Shown here piece after piece: positions 1-9,112 of a stretch of DNA of 64,000 nucleotides. A program made the position numbers and the translations under genes. The stretch lies in sequence record MW822007.1; one strand, given 5' to 3'. The stretch comes from Escherichia phage BF15. Position 1 is the stretch's first letter. Every line of letters begins with the position of its first letter. Under the pieces are notes generated by a model that was not told where the DNA came from, did not search any database, and saw only the letters and a program-made list of their open reading frames with translations.

Positions 1-1
1 T

Positions 2-205
2 AATGGCATGTATGGAAGGAAACATTCCGCTAAATCTATTCAGAAAATTAAAGATAACATGCCAGATAATTCAGGAGCTAATAACCCAGCTGCTAAACCT
101 ATAGAAGTAAATGGTGTTAAGTATAAATGCATGAAAGATGCTTCTAAAGCTACTGGATTATCAATGTACAAACTAAGAATACTTAGAAAAACAGTTAATT
201 TATAA
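2..205 (+). CDS. C-terminal fragment of an ORF continuing off the 5' window edge; homing-endonuclease-like DNA-binding tail (alternatively UvsW C-terminus by synteny)
   Basis: Open frame from position 2 with no upstream stop; GRKHSAKSIQKI resembles a NUMOD3 motif; NGVKYKCMKDASKATGLSMYKLRILRK looks like a C-terminal HTH. Confidence 0.4.
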   Translation, partial: NGMYGRKHSAKSIQKIKDNMPDNSGANNPAAKPIEVNGVKYKCMKDASKATGLSMYKLRILRKTVNL

Positions 206-230
206 GGGCTTCGGCCCTTTGGAGAAAAAG

Positions 231-461
231 ATGTTACTAGAATTTAAACAATTTCTTTATGAAGCTTCTATTGATGAATTTATGGGTAAAATTGCATCAT
301 GCCAAACATTAGAAGGTCTAGAAGAACTTGAAGCTTATTATAAGAAAAGAGTTAAAGAAACTGAATTAAAAGATACTGATGACATCTCTGTGAGAGATGC
401 TTTGGCAGGAAAAAGAGCTGAATTAGAAGATTCAGACGATGAAGTAGAAGAAAGCTTTTAA
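231..461 (+). CDS. uvsW.1: UvsW.1 small conserved protein (76 aa from internal Met of track ORF 219..461)
   Basis: MLLEFKQFLYEASIDEF... matches recalled T4 UvsW.1; lies upstream of the uvsY cluster as in T4. Confidence 0.65.
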   Translation: MLLEFKQFLYEASIDEFMGKIASCQTLEGLEELEAYYKKRVKETELKDTDDISVRDALAGKRAELEDSDDEVEESF

Positions 462-516
462 ATTAAAAAAGGCCCAACCAAAAAGGAAGGGCCAAAACTA
501 TAGACTAAAGGTCACA

Positions 517-684
517 CTATAGCAAAAGTTGTGTTTCATTTAATTGTTCTTCCGAACTTTCTGAAACTGGTAGTTCTTTAATGTAATTATAACAAGGCCC
601 AGGATGTACAGGACCTTTGTCTGTTTCAACAACCAATGCAGAATCGATTGGAGTTTTACAGACAACACAAATCTTATCTGACAT
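517..684 (-). CDS. Small CxxC-containing hypothetical protein (about 55 aa), below the ORF-track cutoff
   Basis: Hand-translated MSDKICVVCKTPIDSALVVETDKGPVHPGPCYNY...; fills the gap between uvsW.1 and the uvsY cluster. Confidence 0.4.
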   Translation of the reverse strand: MSDKICVVCKTPIDSALVVETDKGPVHPGPCYNYIKELPVSESSEEQLNETQLLL

Positions 685-712
685 GATTGTCTCCTCTAAA
701 TTATATATCTAT

Positions 713-937
713 TTATATAACTCTCATATGCATATCAATGCCCATATCTTTGGAATAAAAATATTCATCAAGATATCCGGCAAATTTTCCTTTAATATAA
801 AGTACATCTTCACCGCATGGGTGGTCAGCCAGGATACGAATATCCTGACGCTTGAGATTATACTTTTTCATTAAGAATTGAATTTCCGTTTCGAATTCTT
901 CTTCATAATTAAAAGCATCATCAATGCTATATTTCAT
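713..937 (-). CDS. Hypothetical small early protein (uvsY-proximal)
   Basis: 74-aa track ORF, start overlapping the uvsY stop; T4 uvsY.-1 position. Confidence 0.55.
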   Translation of the reverse strand: MKYSIDDAFNYEEEFETEIQFLMKKYNLKRQDIRILADHPCGEDVLYIKGKFAGYLDEYFYSKDMGIDMHMRVI

Positions 938-1350
938 TATTTTCCAGCCTCAAATGCTCGCATGTCTTGAATATGCTTAATAGCAAATCCACGTGATTTA
1001 ATAGCATCAAGAGCTCCGCTACAGAAATCTAATAAAATTCCCCAATATTGTAATGAAGTATCAACTTTTAAAACATCCTTATCAGCTGATAGAACTGTCT
1101 TCATTTCTGATTTCTCGTAACGATCCATACTAAATTCATCACCATCTCCTCGTCCCGAGTAGTAGTCTAATTTAGCTTTAAGAGCAACTTTTTTCTGTGC
1201 ATCAATTCTAAGCATTTCCTTTTTAATACTTGAATGCTTATTAAGCCATTTACTATATAACATCACATTATTAGCTGCTTCATACTGTAATTTAGTCGAA
1301 TCTATAAACACATCTTTCTTCAATTCTTCTTGAAGATCTTCTAATTTCAT
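937..1350 (-). CDS. uvsY: UvsY recombination mediator protein
   Basis: 137 aa, same length as T4 UvsY; synteny uvsY-25-26-51. Confidence 0.9.
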   Translation of the reverse strand: MKLEDLQEELKKDVFIDSTKLQYEAANNVMLYSKWLNKHSSIKKEMLRIDAQKKVALKAKLDYYSGRGDGDEFSMDRYEKSEMKTVLSADKDVLKVDTSLQYWGILLDFCSGALDAIKSRGFAIKHIQDMRAFEAGK

Positions 1351-1391
1351 ATTGTTCTCTATTCAATTGTTATTGGATTGGACTTAGATTC

Positions 1392-1418
1392 ATTATACCA
1401 CGTTTATACGTGAAGCAT
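1392..1418 (-). promoter_or_regulatory. MotA-dependent middle promoter upstream of uvsY
   Basis: Minus strand reads AATGCTTCA (MotA box), 12-nt spacer, TATAAT; about 40 nt upstream of the uvsY ATG. Confidence 0.55.
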
Positions 1419-1816
1419 TATACTCTGTTACTAGAAGCCAGTTGCAGTTTTATCTGCTCAATATCATCAGGGTTATCGATGACCGAAAAGCGTATTTCTA
1501 CTATCAGAGTATAATCATCATAAACTGGTATTACATTAACTGCTAATTTATCAATACGCGGCTCGTAGTTTCTTACTGCGCTTTCAATGTTACGCTCAAC
1601 CGTATCAGCAGTAAGAGGAGTCATATTCTCAAAAAGTTGATCAGATAAATCGCAACCAAATTCTGGGTCAAACGGTCTCGACCCTTTTCTGGTTGTAATA
1701 ATTCCCAAAAGGCTATTTTTAATTGACCTTAATCCAAGAGATCTAGAAACATCTTTGTCCCAATCCATTTTCATTTCTGGGTCAATGTCAGAATAAAGCT
1801 TATTAATATTTGCCAT
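1418..1816 (-). CDS. 25: Baseplate wedge protein gp25
   Basis: 132 aa as in T4 gp25; start overlaps gene 26 stop. Confidence 0.85.
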   Translation of the reverse strand: MANINKLYSDIDPEMKMDWDKDVSRSLGLRSIKNSLLGIITTRKGSRPFDPEFGCDLSDQLFENMTPLTADTVERNIESAVRNYEPRIDKLAVNVIPVYDDYTLIVEIRFSVIDNPDDIEQIKLQLASSNRV

Positions 1817-2442
1817 TACAATAGCTCAAAGAATTCTTTGAGTCCTCTTATTACATGAGCGTGAGTTTTTCCACACTCTGGACACTTAATTGGAACAGCC
1901 AAATAAACAGTAGGCTTTAAAAGCATATCTTTTATAGCTACAATATCTGACTCTGTGATGATAGAATATAAATCTTCCAGTTCCTTTTCATTTAAGTCTT
2001 CAACTGGAATGCTTTCCCCGTTAGCATGAATCGTTTCTATGCATGATACTATCATGTGGGCTATATTTTTATCATCAAAAATTTTAGGGTAATGGAACTT
2101 AATTTTAATGTCACCCAGTGTATACCAGAGGTCTTCTGGTGCATCTATTTGTGTATGTAATAGATTTATATGGGTTGGTATTTCAGTTCCACAGGTGCAC
2201 TTCCAGGAGTTTTCATGATTAACTTCTCCAAGAGAATGCGCCCATAAATGAATCAACAATAGTTCTGATTCTTGGCGGTTTAAATCTTTTGCATTTGTAC
2301 AGTCTTTAATTAGCTTTTTAACAATTTCTTCGACTGAACCGTTCTTTTTAGCAGTAATAAGTTCTAGATATTCTTTAAGAGTAAATGCGCGACAGTTGAT
2401 TATTTTAGAACCAACTCTCACGTCAAATTTGTATTCATACAT
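1816..2442 (-). CDS. 26: Baseplate hub protein gp26
   Basis: 208 aa as in T4; divergent from gene 51. Confidence 0.85.
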   Translation of the reverse strand: MYEYKFDVRVGSKIINCRAFTLKEYLELITAKKNGSVEEIVKKLIKDCTNAKDLNRQESELLLIHLWAHSLGEVNHENSWKCTCGTEIPTHINLLHTQIDAPEDLWYTLGDIKIKFHYPKIFDDKNIAHMIVSCIETIHANGESIPVEDLNEKELEDLYSIITESDIVAIKDMLLKPTVYLAVPIKCPECGKTHAHVIRGLKEFFELL

Positions 2443-2463
2443 ATTTAGCTCCTTTATTTATCA

Positions 2464-2475
2464 TATTTATAAATA
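2464..2475. promoter_or_regulatory. Overlapping divergent late promoters (TATAAATA on both strands) for genes 26 and 51
   Basis: catatttataaatag contains TATAAATA on plus and, via tatttata, on minus; 20-30 nt from both start codons. Confidence 0.6.
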
Positions 2476-2492
2476 GAATAAAAGGAGCATCT

Positions 2493-3242
2493 ATGGCAAA
2501 CATTATTCGTTGTAAATTACCAGATGGTGTTCATCGTTTTAAACCATTTACGGTAGAAGATTATCGAGATTTTTTGTTAGTTCGAAACGATATAGAACAT
2601 CGGTCACCACAAGAACAAAAAGAAATAATTGCTGATTTAATTGCCGATTATTTTGGAGACTATCCGAAGACTTGGCAACCATTTATATTTTTGCAGGTAT
2701 TTGTAGGGTCAATAGGTAAAACTAAAGTACCAGTCACATTTGTATGTCCAAAATGTAAAAAAGAAAAGACAGTTCCATTTGAAATATATCAAAAAGAACT
2801 AAAGGAACCTGTTTTTGATGTAGCTAATGTTAAAATTAAATTAAAGTTTCCTTCTGAGTTTTATGAAAATAAAGCAAAGATGATTACTGAAAATATTCAT
2901 TCTGTTCAAGTAGATGAAACATGGTATGATTGGAAGGAAATTAGTGAATCAAGTCAAATAGAACTTGTTGATGCCATCGAGATAGAAACATTAGAAAAAA
3001 TTCTCGATGCATTGAATCCTATTAATTTAACGCTACATATGTCCTGCTGTGATAAGTATGTAAAAAAATACACTGATATAGTAGATGTGTTTAAGCTATT
3101 AGTTAACCCAGATGAGATATTTACTTTTTATCAAATTAATCACACACTCGTAAAAAGTAATTATAGCTTAAATTCAATAATGAAAATGATTCCTGCCGAG
3201 CGCGGATTCGTATTAAAACTGATTGAGAAGGATAAACAATAA
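2493..3242 (+). CDS. 51: Baseplate hub assembly protein gp51
   Basis: 249 aa as in T4; synteny. Confidence 0.85.
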   Translation: MANIIRCKLPDGVHRFKPFTVEDYRDFLLVRNDIEHRSPQEQKEIIADLIADYFGDYPKTWQPFIFLQVFVGSIGKTKVPVTFVCPKCKKEKTVPFEIYQKELKEPVFDVANVKIKLKFPSEFYENKAKMITENIHSVQVDETWYDWKEISESSQIELVDAIEIETLEKILDALNPINLTLHMSCCDKYVKKYTDIVDVFKLLVNPDEIFTFYQINHTLVKSNYSLNSIMKMIPAERGFVLKLIEKDKQ

Positions 3243-4417
3243 TGAGTATGTTGCAACGCCCAGGATATCCAAATCTCAGCGTTAAATTATTTGATAGCTA
3301 CGACGCTTGGAGTAATAATAGATTTGTTGAATTAGCTGCTACTATTACCACATTAACTATGCGGGATTCTCTTTATGGCCGAAATGAAGGAATGCTGCAG
3401 TTTTATGATTCTAAAAACATCCATACAAAAATGGATGGAAATGAAATAATTCAGATTTCTGTAGCTAATGCAAACGATATTAATAATGTTAAAACAAGAA
3501 TTTATGGATGTAAGCATTTTTCTGTGTCAGTAGATTCAAAGGGTGATAACATCATTGCTATTGAATTGGGAACTATTCATTCTATAGAAAATCTTAAATT
3601 TGGCAGACCGTTTTTCCCTGATGCAGGTGAATCTATAAAGGAAATGCTTGGCGTCATTTATCAAGACCGCACATTATTAACTCCAGCAATAAATGCTATA
3701 AATGCTTATGTTCCTGATATTCCGTGGACTAGTACATTTGAAAACTATTTGTCATATGTCAGAGAAGTTGCTCTAGCTGTAGGAAGTGACAAATTTGTAT
3801 TTGTATGGCAAGACATCATGGGAGTTAACATGATGGACTATGATATGATGATAAATCAAGAACCGTATCCAATGATTGTCGGTGAGCCATCTTTAATAGG
3901 TCAATTCATCCAAGAATTAAAATATCCATTGGCATATGATTTCGTTTGGTTGACTAAATCGAATCCTCACAAACGTGACCCAATGAAAAACGCTACTATC
4001 TATGCTCATTCATTTTTAGATTCTTCATTGCCAATGATTACTACAGGAAAGGGCGAAAACTCTATTGTAGTGTCAAGGTCAGGTGCTTATTCTGAAATGA
4101 CTTATAGGAATGGATATGAAGAAGCTATTCGTCTTCAAACTATGGCGCAATACGATGGCTATGCTAAATGTTCTACTGTCGGTAATTTTAACTTGACACC
4201 TGGCGTTAAAATTATTTTTAATGATAGTAAAAACCAATTTAAAACAGAATTTTACGTTGATGAAGTCATCCATGAATTATCCAATAATAATTCAGTAACT
4301 CATCTATATATGTTCACTAATGCAACGAAACTGGAAACAATAGACCCAGTTAAGGTTAAAAATGAATTTAAATCTGATACTACCACTGAAGAAAGTAGTT
4401 CTTCCAATAAGCAATAA
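3242..4417 (+). CDS. 27: Baseplate hub protein gp27
   Basis: 391 aa as in T4; synteny. Confidence 0.9.
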   Translation: MSMLQRPGYPNLSVKLFDSYDAWSNNRFVELAATITTLTMRDSLYGRNEGMLQFYDSKNIHTKMDGNEIIQISVANANDINNVKTRIYGCKHFSVSVDSKGDNIIAIELGTIHSIENLKFGRPFFPDAGESIKEMLGVIYQDRTLLTPAINAINAYVPDIPWTSTFENYLSYVREVALAVGSDKFVFVWQDIMGVNMMDYDMMINQEPYPMIVGEPSLIGQFIQELKYPLAYDFVWLTKSNPHKRDPMKNATIYAHSFLDSSLPMITTGKGENSIVVSRSGAYSEMTYRNGYEEAIRLQTMAQYDGYAKCSTVGNFNLTPGVKIIFNDSKNQFKTEFYVDEVIHELSNNNSVTHLYMFTNATKLETIDPVKVKNEFKSDTTTEESSSSNKQ

Positions 4418-4895
4418 AGAAGTTTCTATTCCTAAAATGGGTCTTAAACATTATAACATTTTAAAAGATGTTAAAGGTCCTGATGAAAATTTAAAACTTC
4501 TTATTGATTCTATTTGTCCGAATTTATCACCGGCAGAAGTTGATTTCGTTTCTATTCATTTATTGGAATTTAATGGAAAGATTAAATCTCGTAAAGAAAT
4601 AGATGGTTATACTTATGACATTAATGATGTTTATGTATGCCAAAGATTGGAATTTCAATACCAAGGAAATACATTTTATTTTAGACCGCCTGGAAAATTT
4701 GAACAATTTTTAACTGTGAGCGATATGTTATCCAAATGCTTGCTTAAGGTCAATGATGAAGTTAAAGAAATTAATTTTCTTGAGATGCCAGCATTCGTTT
4801 TAAAATGGGCAAATGATATTTTTACAACTTTAGCAATTCCTGGCCCTAATGGTCCAATAACCGGAATTGGCAATATTATTGGATTATTTGAATGA
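4362..4895 (+). CDS. 28: Baseplate hub distal subunit gp28
   Basis: 177 aa as in T4; overlaps the 3' end of gene 27. Confidence 0.8.
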   Translation: MNLNLILPLKKVVLPISNKEVSIPKMGLKHYNILKDVKGPDENLKLLIDSICPNLSPAEVDFVSIHLLEFNGKIKSRKEIDGYTYDINDVYVCQRLEFQYQGNTFYFRPPGKFEQFLTVSDMLSKCLLKVNDEVKEINFLEMPAFVLKWANDIFTTLAIPGPNGPITGIGNIIGLFE

Positions 4896-6664
4896 AAAAG
4901 CCACAAGAAATGCAAACGATGCGTAGAAAAGTTATTTCAGATAATAAACCAACACAGGAAGCGGCTAAATCCGCTTCCAACACTTTATCTGGACTTAATG
5001 ATATATCTACGAAATTGGATGATGCTCAAGCTGCTTCTGAATTAATTGCTCAAACTGTCGAAGAAAAATCGAATGAAATAGTTGGAGCAATTGATAATGT
5101 AGAAAGCGCAGTGAGTGATACTACTGCTGGTTCTGAGTTAATTGCTGAAACTGTCGAAATTGGCAACAATATTAATAAAGAAATCGGTGAATCACTCGGG
5201 AGCAAATTAGATAAATTAACAAGTTTATTAGAGCAAAAAATTCAGACAGCTGGAATTCAACAAACAGGAACCAGTTTAGCCACTGTTGAAAGCGCTATTC
5301 CTGTTAAAGTTGTTGAGGATGATACAGCTGAATCTGTGGGTCCTTTATTACCGGCTCCTGAAGCAGTTAATAATGATCCTGATGCTGATTTTTTCCCTAC
5401 CCCTCAGCCAGTTGAACCTAAACAAGAATCGCCAGAAGAAAAACAGAAAAAAGACGCATTTAACTTAAAATTATCTCAAGCTTTAGATAAATTAACAAAG
5501 ACTGTTGATTTTGGATTTAAGAAATCCATTTCAATTACTGATAAAATATCAAGCATGTTATTTAAGTACACCGTCAGTGCTGCTATTGAAGCTGCTAAAA
5601 TGACTGCAATGATATTGGCTGTTGTTGTTGGAATAGACCTGTTGATGGTTCATTTTAAATATTGGTCAGATAAATTTTCACAGGCTTGGGATTTGTTTAG
5701 TACAGACTTTACTAAATTCTCTAGCGAAACCGGAACATGGGGTCCTTTATTACAGAGCATCTTTGGTTCTATCGATGAAATTAAAAAATTCTGGGAAGCG
5801 GGAGATTGGGGTGGTTTGACGGTAGCTATTGTAGAAGGGCTTGGAAAGGTTCTTTATAATTTAGGTGAACTTATTCAGCTTGGAATGGCTAAATTATCTG
5901 CGGCAATTCTTCGAGTTATTCCTGGTATGAAGGATACCGCTGATGATGTAGAAGGAAGAGCACTAGAAAATTTCCAAAATACTACAAATGCTTCTCTTAG
6001 CAAAGAAGACCAAGAAAAAGTTGCAAATTATCAATATAAAAGAATGAATGGAGAACTTGGTCCGATAGCAAAAGGACTAGACAAAATTGCGAACTGGAAA
6101 ACTCGCGCATCTAACTGGATTCGTGGTGTTGATAATAAAGAAGCACTAACGACTGATGAAGAGAGAGAAGAGGAAGAAGAAAAATTAAAGCAACTTTCTC
6201 CGGAGGAAGCTAAAATTGCTTTAATGAAAGCTAATGAAGCTCGTGCTGCTATGAATCGTTTTGATGAATACGCTAATTCGGCTGATATGAGTAAAGATTC
6301 AACAGTTAAATCAGTTGAAGCTGCCTATGAAGACCTTAAAAAACGGATGGATGACCCGGATTTAAATAATTCACCGGCAGTTAAAAAAGAACTTGCTGCT
6401 AGATTTTCTAAAATTGATGCTACTTATCAAGAACTAAAGAAAAATCAACCTAATGCCAAACCTGAAACTTCTGCTAAATCGCCAGAAGCAAAACAAGTCC
6501 AGGTAATAGAAAAGAACAAAGCACAGCAAGCTCCTGTTCAACAAGCATCTCCTTCGATCAATAATACTAATAATGTTATTAAGAAAAATACTGTCGTTCA
6601 TAATATGACACCTGTTACGAGTACAACTGCTCCCGGTGTATTTGACGCGACTGGAGTTAATTAA
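4892..6664 (+). CDS. 29: Baseplate hub / tail tube length determinant gp29
   Basis: 590 aa as in T4; coiled-coil-rich; ATGA overlap with gene 28. Confidence 0.9.
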   Translation: MKKPQEMQTMRRKVISDNKPTQEAAKSASNTLSGLNDISTKLDDAQAASELIAQTVEEKSNEIVGAIDNVESAVSDTTAGSELIAETVEIGNNINKEIGESLGSKLDKLTSLLEQKIQTAGIQQTGTSLATVESAIPVKVVEDDTAESVGPLLPAPEAVNNDPDADFFPTPQPVEPKQESPEEKQKKDAFNLKLSQALDKLTKTVDFGFKKSISITDKISSMLFKYTVSAAIEAAKMTAMILAVVVGIDLLMVHFKYWSDKFSQAWDLFSTDFTKFSSETGTWGPLLQSIFGSIDEIKKFWEAGDWGGLTVAIVEGLGKVLYNLGELIQLGMAKLSAAILRVIPGMKDTADDVEGRALENFQNTTNASLSKEDQEKVANYQYKRMNGELGPIAKGLDKIANWKTRASNWIRGVDNKEALTTDEEREEEEEKLKQLSPEEAKIALMKANEARAAMNRFDEYANSADMSKDSTVKSVEAAYEDLKKRMDDPDLNNSPAVKKELAARFSKIDATYQELKKNQPNAKPETSAKSPEAKQVQVIEKNKAQQAPVQQASPSINNTNNVIKKNTVVHNMTPVTSTTAPGVFDATGVN

Positions 6665-6672
6665 GGAATAAT

Positions 6673-7767
6673 ATGGCAATTGTTAAAGAAATAACTGCTG
6701 ATTTAATTAAAAAGTCCGGTGAGAAAATTTCAGCCGGACAGAGTACTAAATCAGAAGTAGGAACTAAAACATACACTGCCCAGTTTCCAACTGGGCGTGC
6801 TAGTGGTAATGACACTACAGGGGACTTCCAGGTAACAGATCTATATAAGAATGGATTATTATTTACTGCATACAATATGTCATCTAGGGATTCTGGAAGT
6901 CTTAGATCGATGAGATCTAACTACTCTTCTTCATCTTCGAGTATTTTACGTACAGCCAGAAACACTATCAGTAATACAGTATCAAAACTGTCAAATGGAT
7001 TAATATCAGATAATAATTCAGGAACAATAAGTAAAGCTCCTGTGGCAAACATTCTTTTACCGAGATCTAAATCTGACGTTGATACATCATCACATAGATT
7101 TAATGATGTTCAAGAAAGTCTTATCAGTAGAGGCGGAGGAACTGCTACTGGTGTGCTAAGTAATATTGCTTCAACTGCAGTATTTGGAGCACTGGAAAGT
7201 ATAACACAAGGTATAATGGCTGATAATAATGAACAGATTTATACGACAGCCAGAAGTATGTATGGTGGTGCTGAGAATAGAACTAAAGTGTTTACATGGG
7301 ATTTGACTCCACGTTCCACAGAAGATTTAATGGCTATTATTAATATCTATCAATATTTTAACTATTTTTCTTATGGTGAAACGGGCAAATCTCAATATGC
7401 TGCTGAAATAAAGGGGTATTTAGATGATTGGTATCGTTCTACGTTAATTGAACCTTTATCTCCGGAAGACGCAGCTAAAAATAAAACACTGTTTGAGAAA
7501 ATGACATCGAGTTTAACTAACGTCCTAGTAGTTTCAAACCCGACAATTTGGATGGTGAAAAACTTTGGTGCAACATCTAAGTTTGATGGAAAAACGGAAA
7601 TATTTGGCCCATGCCAAATACAAAGCATCAGATTTGATAAAACGCCTAATGGTAACTTTAACGGATTAGCTATTGCTCCAAACCTCCCTAGTACATTTAC
7701 TCTTGAGATTACTATGAGAGAAATTATCACGTTAAACCGTGCTTCTTTATATGCGGGGACTTTTTAA
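6673..7767 (+). CDS. 48: Baseplate-tail tube junction protein gp48
   Basis: 364 aa as in T4; synteny. Confidence 0.9.
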   Translation: MAIVKEITADLIKKSGEKISAGQSTKSEVGTKTYTAQFPTGRASGNDTTGDFQVTDLYKNGLLFTAYNMSSRDSGSLRSMRSNYSSSSSSILRTARNTISNTVSKLSNGLISDNNSGTISKAPVANILLPRSKSDVDTSSHRFNDVQESLISRGGGTATGVLSNIASTAVFGALESITQGIMADNNEQIYTTARSMYGGAENRTKVFTWDLTPRSTEDLMAIINIYQYFNYFSYGETGKSQYAAEIKGYLDDWYRSTLIEPLSPEDAAKNKTLFEKMTSSLTNVLVVSNPTIWMVKNFGATSKFDGKTEIFGPCQIQSIRFDKTPNGNFNGLAIAPNLPSTFTLEITMREIITLNRASLYAGTF

Positions 7768-8732
7768 TGTATTCTTTAGAGGAATTTAATAATCAAGCAA
7801 TAAACGCAGATTTCCAACGTAATAATATGTTTAGCTGTGTTTTTGCGACAACTCCATCAACTAAAAGCTCTTCGTTGATAAGTTCAATTAGCAACTTTTC
7901 TTATAATAACTTGGGTCTAAATTCAGATTGGTTAGGATTGACTCAAGGCGATATTAATCAGGGAATTACCACGCTAATTACAGCTGGCACACAAAAACTG
8001 ATAAGAAAATCAGGAGTTAGTAAATATCTTATTGGTGCCATGAGTCAACGTACAGTTCAAAGTTTATTAGGCTCATTTACAGTTGGTACATATTTAATTG
8101 ACTTCTTTAATATGGCATATAACTCATCTGGATTGATGATATATTCTGTAAAAATGCCAGAGAATAGATTATCCTATGAAACTGACTGGAACTATAATTC
8201 TCCTAATATTCGTATAACCGGGAGAGAATTAGACCCTTTGGTTATTTCATTTAGAATGGATTCAGAGTCGTGTAATTATCGTGCAATGCAAGACTGGGTT
8301 AACGCTGTTCAAGACCCAGTAACTGGATTACGCGCTTTGCCACAAGATGTCGAGGCAGACATTCAGGTTAATCTTCATGCTCGTAATGGATTACCTCATA
8401 CTGCTGTGATGTTCACCGGATGCATTCCAGTGTCAGTGAGCGCTCCTGAGTTATCATATGATGGAGATAACCAAATAACTACATTTGATGTTACTTTTGC
8501 GTATAGAGTCATGCAGGCTGGAGCAGTTGATAGACAAGCTGCGCTTGAATGGCTTGAATCCGCTGCTATAAACGGTATTCAAAGCGTTCTCGGAAATAGC
8601 GGAGGCGTTACTGGACTATCTAATTCGCTTTCACGACTTAGTAGATTAGGAGGAACTGCTGGAAGCATTTCAAACATTAATACTATGACGGGAATTGTCA
8701 ACTCGCAAAGTAAAATATTAGGAGCAATATAA
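7767..8732 (+). CDS. 54: Baseplate-tail tube initiator gp54
   Basis: 321 aa (T4 about 320); overlaps gene 48 stop. Confidence 0.9.
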   Translation: MYSLEEFNNQAINADFQRNNMFSCVFATTPSTKSSSLISSISNFSYNNLGLNSDWLGLTQGDINQGITTLITAGTQKLIRKSGVSKYLIGAMSQRTVQSLLGSFTVGTYLIDFFNMAYNSSGLMIYSVKMPENRLSYETDWNYNSPNIRITGRELDPLVISFRMDSESCNYRAMQDWVNAVQDPVTGLRALPQDVEADIQVNLHARNGLPHTAVMFTGCIPVSVSAPELSYDGDNQITTFDVTFAYRVMQAGAVDRQAALEWLESAAINGIQSVLGNSGGVTGLSNSLSRLSRLGGTAGSISNINTMTGIVNSQSKILGAI

Positions 8733-8734
8733 CA

Positions 8735-8760
8735 ATGGGGACCGAAAGGTCCCCATATTT
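8735..8760. terminator. Bidirectional hairpin terminator between convergent gene 54 and the 96-aa ORF
   Basis: GGGGACC-GAAA-GGTCCCC followed by ATATTTTTATTT. Confidence 0.55.
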
Positions 8761-9051
8761 TTATTTACGGAATGAAATAAAAGCAGCAACTGAAGCAACT
8801 AAACTGTCTTCAATATAAACTTCAATTTTTACCGGAGCTTCTGACTCAAATTTACCTGTTACTACACCTTGGAAAATGCTTTCAGTCTGTTCTGGCTTTG
8901 AAAAATTTTCAGAAGGAAAAATTCCGAACTTTTTATCTGTTCCAAAAATTTTGATAAATTCATCATAAACTGCTTCATTAAAAGCGTTATCAGCAGGAAT
9001 AACGCCTTCAACTACAAGTTCTTGACCTAAAAAGCGCAAAGAAGATTTCAT
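8761..9051 (-). CDS. Hypothetical protein, 96 aa
   Basis: Track ORF preceded by GAGG Shine-Dalgarno and an early promoter. Confidence 0.6.
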   Translation of the reverse strand: MKSSLRFLGQELVVEGVIPADNAFNEAVYDEFIKIFGTDKKFGIFPSENFSKPEQTESIFQGVVTGKFESEAPVKIEVYIEDSLVASVAAFISFRK

Positions 9052-9082
9052 TTTGTGTTCCTCATGTTATGTCAGTAAGTCT

Positions 9083-9112
9083 ACTATAACACAACACGAG
9101 GGACTTGTAAAC
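9083..9112 (-). promoter_or_regulatory. T4-type early promoter (GTTTAC-N18-TATAGT); part of a 53-nt block repeated at 24487..24539
   Basis: Minus strand GTTTACAAGTCCCTCGTGTTGTGTTATAGT. Confidence 0.6.
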
